Origin: a virus
DNA length: 39,929 bases
Direction: 5' to 3' (one strand)
IMG/VR virus record: IMGVR_UViG_3300006113_000004
The notes beneath the pieces were generated by a model. That model was not told where the DNA came from and ran no database searches. It was given only the letters and a program-made list of their open reading frames with translations. This document shows, piece after piece, positions 28,166-33,754 of the stretch. Positions within the stretch are counted from its first letter, which is position 1; each line of letters opens with the position of its first letter. A program made the translations under genes and the position numbers.

Positions 28166-28239
28166 TGGCGGATACGGGACTCGAACCCGTGACCTAGTGA
28201 GCATGAGTCACCCGCGCTACCAAACTGCGCCAATCCGCT
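28166..28239 (-). tRNA. tRNA-Met (anticodon CAT; could also be Ile2 if lysidinylated)
   Basis: Hand-folded cloverleaf. Acceptor AGCGGAT/ATCCGCC has an A1-C72 mismatch. U8 is present. The D stem is GCGC/GCGC. The anticodon stem is GGTGA/TCACT with loop CT-CAT-GC. The T arm is ACGGG-TTCGAGT-CCCGT. CCA is not encoded. Confidence 0.8.
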
Positions 28240-28248
28240 AAACAAATA

Positions 28249-28479
28249 TTACCGACCGAGACGGGCTTTGTCAAACATTTCTTGAACTCTGAGACGAGCT
28301 TCGGCCACGGCGGGGGAATCAGGAGTCTCGGAATAGTCTTTCTTCTTCGCCTTGGGGACAGTTTCCCTGGAACGAGGCACCCACCCCCCACACCGGAGAC
28401 AACGATTCCACTTCGCAGAAATCTTCACCGTCTTGTGATCGCACCATTCGCGGTACGGGGTTCCAAGTCGAGTAGCCAC
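28249..28479 (-). CDS. Possible small basic zinc-finger protein (76 aa, GTG start)
   Basis: The ORF lies directly upstream of the tRNA on the same strand. It carries 'CDH...CLRCGG'. There is no clear SD. A TTGCTT-17-TAGACA element ends 6 nt before the GTG, so the transcript could be leaderless. Coding status is uncertain. Confidence 0.4.
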   Translation of the reverse strand: MATRLGTPYREWCDHKTVKISAKWNRCLRCGGWVPRSRETVPKAKKKDYSETPDSPAVAEARLRVQEMFDKARLGR

Positions 28480-28659
28480 AAAGATTGTCTATCACCCCAC
28501 CCCCTCACAAGCAAGTCTTTTCAAAAACGTTATAGAACGTGCAAACACTGAGGATTGAGTCATCGTCAATTTTTTTCCTTGCCATTACTGAAGATTGAGA
28601 TTTGCTACAAAAAAGGGATAATTCCATAACGAAGAATCTTCAGACATAGAAAGAAAAAC

Positions 28660-28689
28660 TTGCAATGAGTTGACACGGGTGACTAGACT
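28660..28689 (+). promoter_or_regulatory. Candidate rightward promoter, TTGCAA-18-TAGACT, with an A-rich UP-like element
   Basis: The -35 TTGCAA is at 28660-28665 and the -10 TAGACT at 28684-28689. 'agaaagaaaaac' lies immediately upstream. It points into ~680 nt with no convincing ORF before the plus-strand cassette. Confidence 0.35.
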
Positions 28690-28989
28690 AGGCGGAGCAA
28701 CGCACGAGTGAGCGCAGAAGCGAACGACAACTACCTGCCGCCCTTTACACGCCAGCCTGACGGCGGCGAGTTACGGTTGCCGCTACCGCGCCGTTTCACG
28801 GCTTTGGTGTCTGGGGGAGTTCAAATCTGGGAGTCAGAGATTCTGGACCTGGAGTTACGAAGTACAAAGAGCGATCACAGTAACAAATGCGGTGATTGCA
28901 GATATGCAAATTACACATTGGTGTAGAGGGGATACCCACAGCGCAACACAAGCTGGCCTCGGCACACTACCGGTCAAAGCCGGTGAGAT

Positions 28990-29020
28990 TGTGGATAAGT
29001 TGTGGAAAACTTGTGGGAAA
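28990..29020 (+). promoter_or_regulatory. Array of three head-to-tail DnaA boxes with 11-bp phasing
   Basis: TGTGGATAA (28990-28998) is the exact complement of the consensus TTATCCACA. TGTGGAAAA (29001-29009) fits TTWTNCACA. TGTGGGAAA (29012-29020) has one mismatch. The starts are spaced exactly 11 and 11 bp apart. Confidence 0.5.
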
Positions 29021-29307
29021 AGGGGGGGTCTGAGAGAACGGAGCGATTCGCTTAGGCCCCCAGCCACGATGGTCACCCAAGGCCCTCACAACTTGACATA
29101 ACCTTGAAACCCAAGTCCCTGCTAATGATGCTGTCGATCTGGTCCTCACTACGTTATGTAAAGTGAGACTGATTCTCAATACCTATCCCTTGCAAACTAA
29201 AGTTCACACTTTGCAAACTATTGTTAACACCTGTGGGGGCTGCGTTATGTCAAGCTACCTAGGTGTCTGGTAGGTGGAAATTTCTCTCTCTGATGGTCCT
29301 TTGTGAC

Positions 29308-29335
29308 TTGGCACTCACCTAGTTATGTGTATACT
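29308..29335 (+). promoter_or_regulatory. Candidate promoter of the plus-strand cassette, TTGGCA-16-TATACT
   Basis: The -35 is at 29308-29313 and the -10 at 29330-29335, about 38 nt upstream of the ATG at 29373. It is overlapped by the CACCTAG and GTTATGT repeat motifs. Confidence 0.45.
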
Positions 29336-29372
29336 GAATAGGTGGCGACAATGCCAGTGAATAGGGGAGAAT

Positions 29373-29741
29373 ATGAGTATCGAAGAAATGAGAGCTGCGG
29401 TAAAGATCCTGGCTGATTCGCGGCGGGGCGCTATCGCGTTCTCGCTGCCCATTGTGTCAGGTGCTTACGGATTCGAGGAAGTGCGTGAGCGCATGGCGCA
29501 GAAAGTCACAGTTACGCGCAGGGCAACCATAAAAGAAGCCCTAAAAGATCAGGATTCCGTTCCGCTCACTGAGGCGCGTGGGATGACGGTCACAGTGAAG
29601 GGTTACGCGTACCGTGATTCCGGCGGGCGCGTGGTGATTCTGCGAGACGGGACCGCCACAGTTGATGGTAAGAAGATCAAGGTTCGTAAGGTGGTATCCG
29701 TTCTCTCCCCGCGTGAGATTCTGTCACTGGCGGCAGCATGA
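29373..29741 (+). CDS. Hypothetical protein (122 aa), first gene of the opposite-strand cassette
   Basis: ATG with a GGGGAGA SD. The N-terminal half is helical and the C-terminal half is beta-rich ('TVTVKGYAYRDSGGRVVILRDGTATVDGKKIKVRKV'). No motif recognised. Confidence 0.75.
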   Translation: MSIEEMRAAVKILADSRRGAIAFSLPIVSGAYGFEEVRERMAQKVTVTRRATIKEALKDQDSVPLTEARGMTVTVKGYAYRDSGGRVVILRDGTATVDGKKIKVRKVVSVLSPREILSLAAA

Positions 29742-29890
29742 ACGTTACATTCGGGATGGTCGCGGACCGGCTGAGTGATCTAGTCGCGGAGCTACGGGAG
29801 ATAGGCGTAGATTCGCCAGGGGTCGCCAACGTGGTCGAAACGTTGGACGGTATCCGCGAGGGGTGCGACTACCGGAGCGTGAACGGATGA
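29738..29890 (+). CDS. Small acidic protein (50 aa), not in the ORF track: MNVTFGMVADRLSDLVAELREIGVDSPGVANVVETLDGIREGCDYRSVNG
   Basis: Hand translation. It has ATGA overlaps at both ends (29738-29741 and 29887-29890), which couple it to the flanking genes. Confidence 0.55.
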   Translation: MNVTFGMVADRLSDLVAELREIGVDSPGVANVVETLDGIREGCDYRSVNG

Positions 29891-30084
29891 GAGAACATTT
29901 TTCAAGCGTTCTAGCGACGGTGGCGGCGGTGGTGGTCGAGTGCTTACTACTGCCCCACGTCCTCACTTTTGTGGCGTTGTTTGTCGCGTTCATGGCGTGG
30001 TGCGTGGCGTGGGCACTCATCCATGCTACGCTGACCTCCCTAGCGCGTTCTAGAGCCTTCAGGAAGGTTCCTACGCGGTGGTAG
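29887..30084 (+). CDS. Small 2-TM membrane protein (65 aa)
   Basis: An internal ATG of track ORF 29863-30084 is coupled by ATGA to the preceding micro-ORF. The hydrophobic segments are 'VLATVAAVVVECLLLPHVLTFVALFVAFMAWCVAWALI'. Confidence 0.6.
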   Translation: MREHFSSVLATVAAVVVECLLLPHVLTFVALFVAFMAWCVAWALIHATLTSLARSRAFRKVPTRW

Positions 30085-30091
30085 CCGCGTG

Positions 30092-30129
30092 GTGCTGGCA
30101 AGGTTTCTCCCCTGTTCCCTTGCCAGCGC
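30092..30129. terminator. Convergent-junction hairpin (bidirectional terminator candidate without a U-tract)
   Basis: GTGCTGGCAAGG (30092-30103) pairs with CCTTGCCAGCGC (30118-30129). The 12-bp stem has one G-U on the plus strand and a 14-nt loop. It starts 8 nt after the cassette stop and lies 80 nt from the end of the minus-strand array. Confidence 0.5.
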
Positions 30130-30209
30130 CACAGGGTTACCAACGATCAACACAATCGCGCATTTTCTGAACGCAGATCACAATAACCGCGCATTTTTAG
30201 AGCTAATTT

Positions 30210-30692
30210 CTATTTTTCGCTGGCGATGATTCTGTATGGCGGGCAGACAGTCGTGCTGTACTTGTTCGCGGCTTTCAGGGCTGTTAAGAGGTCGTCTTTG
30301 GTGCGATGAGCTGCGAACAACGCTCCCGTGGCGATAATCCACCCACTCCCGATGGCCGCATACGCCGCGCCTAGAGTTTTCTTTGCTCTTAGAACCGCGC
30401 ACCCCTCATCAACCTCGTACAGGTTCCCGCGTTCAATCACCAGGAGCGAGCATTTGAGGGGCTTAGAACGAAACTCAGCCGCGAATGAATGGACTGTGGG
30501 CCGAGGGTGGCTTCGCCACCACTCGATAGCCACTTGGCCCGAACCGTACTCGCCGGCGAACCCGATCAACGTCTCCCCGACTCTCACGACCTTGGGCGAA
30601 CTTGTGGCTGAGAAATGGTCATCCATCACCGCCGCTGAGTCTGAGCCGAGCCACGCGCCATGAGGGGTCACTAGCCCGACGATGACAGTCAT
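30210..30692 (-). CDS. HslV/proteasome-beta-like Ntn (N-terminal Thr) hydrolase
   Basis: 160 aa beginning 'MTVIVGL..GAWLGSDS'. Thr2 would be exposed as the nucleophile after Met removal. 'KVVRVGETLIGFAGE' parallels HslV 'KVRRLYNDKVIAGFAGG' (Lys33 region). 'AAIGSGWIIATGAL' parallels 'IAIGSGGPYAQAAA'. Confidence 0.8.
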   Translation of the reverse strand: MTVIVGLVTPHGAWLGSDSAAVMDDHFSATSSPKVVRVGETLIGFAGEYGSGQVAIEWWRSHPRPTVHSFAAEFRSKPLKCSLLVIERGNLYEVDEGCAVLRAKKTLGAAYAAIGSGWIIATGALFAAHRTKDDLLTALKAANKYSTTVCPPYRIIASEK

Positions 30693-31751
30693 CTACCACT
30701 TCTCATATTTGCGGTCCGAGGGCTGAATAGCGAACTGCCACGTCACCCCTCGCTCTGGGGTTGTAATCCACATCGCCTGCTGGGGAACCTCGAAACCAAA
30801 ATTTGAGATAGCCGCGTATTCGTCATAGCCCTTGGCCGAGCCGTTGATGGTCCAATTCCTACCGACGAGGTATTGGTGGAAGTGCCCCATGATGGCGTGA
30901 TCGAACGGATTGTCCACAGAGGCGTAATTCTGACCTTTACGGAACATTCCGAGGCTAATGGGTGTATATATGCCCGAAATGCCCGAACCGCCACGGAACT
31001 GATCGCCGTGAGTCATCAGAATTCTGGTGTCGTATTGCTGACACACCACGTCTGCTGTTAGGGGGATGGACCAAGTGAATCGTGGGTCGTGCTTCAGCTC
31101 ACGGTAGAGAATCCGCGCAAACAGCCAGTCGAAATTGTCCTCGACGCGGTTCTTCATAATCGCTTTGTGGGTGTTCCTGCCGTGGTTCCCGACCACTGAG
31201 GCGACGTGGACCTTCCCGTAGTGGTCTGCGAGCATTTTCATCCCCGCCACGAATGGGTCTACCCAGAAATCCACTGAGGCCATGATCGGGACTTCGTTGG
31301 TGTTTTTCAGTTCCTCGTGAATGTTCCCAGAGAAAATATCCCCACCAAGCCATAGGCCGAATCCTTCCGTCTTGATGCCCGAAAGGTAGTCCCGTGGGTG
31401 TTGAATGGCTTTCTCAAAGGTCCTCTGAAGCCTAAACAGAGCAATCTCGCGGTTATAGGCGTTGACCCAATTCATCTGTTCGGGGACCACGACTTCATCC
31501 AAGTGAAGGTCCGAGAGCATGAGGTTGGCAATCCCCTTGGCCCCGGTGGACTTTTTGGGGGTCAACCATTTGGGCGGGTCCGCCGTCACGCCGTCGATCG
31601 AGGTCAAGAGATCTAACTGGACCTTCAGTTCCTCTACTCGACGGTCCAACTGGTCCCTCTGCCTACGGGCGTCGTCGCGCTCCCTCTTGTATTTCTCCGC
31701 GTTGTCTTTGGGGAATTCGCCCTGATCGAGAGTTATTTTTGACACGCGCAC
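30693..31751 (-). CDS. Calcineurin-like metallophosphoesterase with an N-terminal coiled coil
   Basis: 352 aa. The motifs are 'SDLHLD', 'GGDIFSGN', 'VVGNHGRN', 'MTHGDQ' and 'GHFHQY', which match DxH / GDxxD / GNHE / H / GHxH. The first ~60 aa are charged and helical. Confidence 0.85.
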   Translation of the reverse strand: MRVSKITLDQGEFPKDNAEKYKRERDDARRQRDQLDRRVEELKVQLDLLTSIDGVTADPPKWLTPKKSTGAKGIANLMLSDLHLDEVVVPEQMNWVNAYNREIALFRLQRTFEKAIQHPRDYLSGIKTEGFGLWLGGDIFSGNIHEELKNTNEVPIMASVDFWVDPFVAGMKMLADHYGKVHVASVVGNHGRNTHKAIMKNRVEDNFDWLFARILYRELKHDPRFTWSIPLTADVVCQQYDTRILMTHGDQFRGGSGISGIYTPISLGMFRKGQNYASVDNPFDHAIMGHFHQYLVGRNWTINGSAKGYDEYAAISNFGFEVPQQAMWITTPERGVTWQFAIQPSDRKYEKW

Positions 31752-31981
31752 TCGCCCCTTCGGTGGCGCTGCACGGTGTCTCTCTTTAGATCAAGCTCTG
31801 GGGCTTTGGCGTTCAGGTGTCGCACAATCGCCGCGCCGGACAATGATTCGTCCTGCAACCAAGTGTCAATGACCTTTAACGCTTCGTCGTCAAAGTAATT
31901 TGCCACTCTGGTGAATTGGCAGATTGGCCCTTTGCACAACGGGACCGGACGGTCGTTGTTATCCAACGAAAGTTTTTCCAT
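31733..31981 (-). CDS. Hypothetical protein, possible HTH DNA-binding
   Basis: 82 aa. 'LSGAAIVRHLNAKAPELDLKRDTVQRHRRGEC' is HTH-like. This is a weak call. Confidence 0.6.
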   Translation of the reverse strand: MEKLSLDNNDRPVPLCKGPICQFTRVANYFDDEALKVIDTWLQDESLSGAAIVRHLNAKAPELDLKRDTVQRHRRGECACQK

Positions 31982-31989
31982 GACGCTCC

Positions 31990-32376
31990 TTAGTTTAGTT
32001 GCCTTCTGGCTTTACCCTCTGCTACATAAAGTCGGTGCGCCGCCATTGACGCTTCGCACGGTTTCTCGCCGTAACGGAGATGGCGCATATAGGCCGCGTT
32101 GGTGCTGCACGGCAGTAACTCTTTAAGGACGATTCCTGCTTCTTTCCTCATGCCTCGCAAGGTGTTCGCGGAGTATCCGGCTTGGAACCCCAGTGCACAA
32201 TTCCGCAACGCATCTTGGAAACACGCATCTCTGACGGGACAATCCTTGCAGATTCTCCGTAGTTCGTTGAGCCGCTTTAACCCGAACGAGGTTTTGTCCT
32301 TGTTGGGCATCCACATTTCAGGGTCGGTCCCAGCGCAATGCCTTTCGGGGTTGAGATACCAAGGGTTGTCGCTCAC
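31990..32376 (-). CDS. whiB: WhiB-like Fe-S transcription factor with a C-terminal Cys-containing extension, start refined to GTG
   Basis: 'CAGTDPEMW...CKDCPVRDAC' is the WhiB 4-Cys pattern. The GTG at 32374-32376 overlaps the upstream TGA (GTGA). The C-terminal 'CSTNAAYMRHLRYGEKPCEASMAAH' is an extra motif. Confidence 0.85.
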   Translation of the reverse strand: MSDNPWYLNPERHCAGTDPEMWMPNKDKTSFGLKRLNELRRICKDCPVRDACFQDALRNCALGFQAGYSANTLRGMRKEAGIVLKELLPCSTNAAYMRHLRYGEKPCEASMAAHRLYVAEGKARRQLN

Positions 32377-32714
32377 GTCACCCTCACAATGGACGACAGA
32401 AGGCTCTGAAAGGCACTCATACGGGCTTGTGAGGCTCGCAACGCTTCTCTGAGGGTAGATACATTGGCTTCGGCCAGAAGGCACGCTCGGCGCTGTTCTT
32501 CGGTCTGCACCATAGCAATATCTTCGGCTCGCTTGTCCGACGACGCCCCATTGACCCGTGCGGTAATTCGTGCTTGGGCTGAGGCGACTTTGTAATCCGC
32601 GTCAAGGTTTGCGGCGTTGGTGGTGGCTGGGCCGAGTTCTTCCACCAGCTCACGGAGTCTCTTGGCTTCCTTGCTGATGGCCTGCTCGACCTGGGCTTGG
32701 ACAAGAACCTCCAT
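32373..32714 (-). CDS. Hypothetical coiled-coil protein
   Basis: 113 aa, helical. It shares one base with the SSB stop. Confidence 0.7.
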   Translation of the reverse strand: MEVLVQAQVEQAISKEAKRLRELVEELGPATTNAANLDADYKVASAQARITARVNGASSDKRAEDIAMVQTEEQRRACLLAEANVSTLREALRASQARMSAFQSLLSSIVRVT

Positions 32715-33106
32715 CAGAACGGTTCGTCCGAGACGGGTGCAGAATTCTGGGGCTTGGCAACTTTGGAAAGTTGTGCTGACGAGAAACGAAGTTCCGCGCC
32801 GAGGGAGTCAACCTTGACTTCGACCGTAGAACGCTTTTCGCCCTTATCGGTTTCCCACGTCCGTTGCTCCAAACGTCCGGTGACGATCACGCGGTCGCCC
32901 TTTTTGAGCGAGTTGGCGACGTTCTCCGCGAGGGTGCCGAAACAATCCCCGTTAAAGAAACTTACCTGCTCTTGCTTGTTGCCTTGCTTGTCGTTCCACA
33001 CTCGGTTCACGGCGATGCTGATTTTCGTCACCGCTGTTCCACCGTTCAGGAACTTCAGTTCGGGGTCCTGTGAAAGATTCCCCACCAGTGTGATTGTGCT
33101 GTCCAT
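32714..33106 (-). CDS. ssb: Single-stranded DNA-binding protein
   Basis: 130 aa. The OB-fold pattern is 'ITLVGNLSQDPELKF..GTAVTKISIAVN...FFNGDCFGTLAENV..SLKKGDRVIVTGRLEQRTW'. It has an acidic C-terminal tip, 'SDEPF'. Confidence 0.9.
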   Translation of the reverse strand: MDSTITLVGNLSQDPELKFLNGGTAVTKISIAVNRVWNDKQGNKQEQVSFFNGDCFGTLAENVANSLKKGDRVIVTGRLEQRTWETDKGEKRSTVEVKVDSLGAELRFSSAQLSKVAKPQNSAPVSDEPF

Positions 33107-33127
33107 GATTCTCCTTTTGATTTTCCG

Positions 33128-33469
33128 TTAATATCCGGCTTCTTTGAGCAGGGTTATGGCGTCCTCCAATGTTAGAACGCAGTACGCCTGCTCGACGGGC
33201 TTTCTGGCCCGCTTGACAATGCAAAGGCCAATCTCGGCCCTCGCGTTTTCCTTCTCCACCGCCGTCTCGTCCATGAAGGTTGAGAGAGTGATAGATTTGT
33301 GGTCTTTGCACTCAATGACGATGGCCCCCGCGAAACCGTTGAGGTCGCCCTTGTCTTTGGTGTTCCCAGCCCCGTAGCGCCGTTCGACCTGTGGGTAGCC
33401 TCGGAGATTGAAATATCCCGCGACGGTCCTTTCCCACAACGACCCTTTGTTCTTCTGGGGGTTAGCCAC
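33128..33469 (-). CDS. Hjc-like PD-(D/E)xK Holliday-junction resolvase
   Basis: 113 aa. 'NKGSLWERTVAGYF..RGY...R..GAG......GDL...AGAIVIECK' matches the archaeal-type Hjc layout (KG..ER ... D ... ExK). Confidence 0.75.
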   Translation of the reverse strand: MANPQKNKGSLWERTVAGYFNLRGYPQVERRYGAGNTKDKGDLNGFAGAIVIECKDHKSITLSTFMDETAVEKENARAEIGLCIVKRARKPVEQAYCVLTLEDAITLLKEAGY

Positions 33470-33754
33470 TTACGGTCGCTCCAAGATTTCGATTTCGGGG
33501 CACGGCCACCTGACAATGCACTTGTTACATACCAGCCAGTCCAAGCCTTCGTGCATGAAGGGTGGGTGCAGCGCCCTGATCGCGTCCAGCTTCTCCGTAG
33601 CGTTCAACAAGGCTCCCGTAATCGCGTCCCTGGACTCACGGTGCGCTTTGCGAATGATGTTCGCTGAGGTCAACGAGGGAACCGCCACGTCAACTTCCTT
33701 TTGGAAAGTTTCTTCGGGGTTGGGTTCTTCTGGGATAAGTAGGTGTGGAGTCAT
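33470..33754 (-). CDS. Hypothetical protein
   Basis: 94-aa ORF. Its stop abuts the resolvase ATG, and it overlaps the upstream stop by 4 nt. Confidence 0.65.
   Translation of the reverse strand: MTPHLLIPEEPNPEETFQKEVDVAVPSLTSANIIRKAHRESRDAITGALLNATEKLDAIRALHPPFMHEGLDWLVCNKCIVRWPCPEIEILERP

Noticed and set aside
28054-28239. tmRNA interpretation of the tRNA-Met plus tRNA-like region
   Set aside because: The region is far too short. There is no GGGG-type 5' end with a G3-U70 alanine identity pair, and no tag reading frame with a resume codon.
28708-28926. 72-aa plus-strand ORF (GTG start) inside the structured intergenic region
   Set aside because: It has no SD and no recognisable motif, and it overlaps several strong hairpins and repeat motifs. 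The neighbouring 69-73-aa ORFs on both strands look equally arbitrary. It is treated as non-coding pending conservation analysis.
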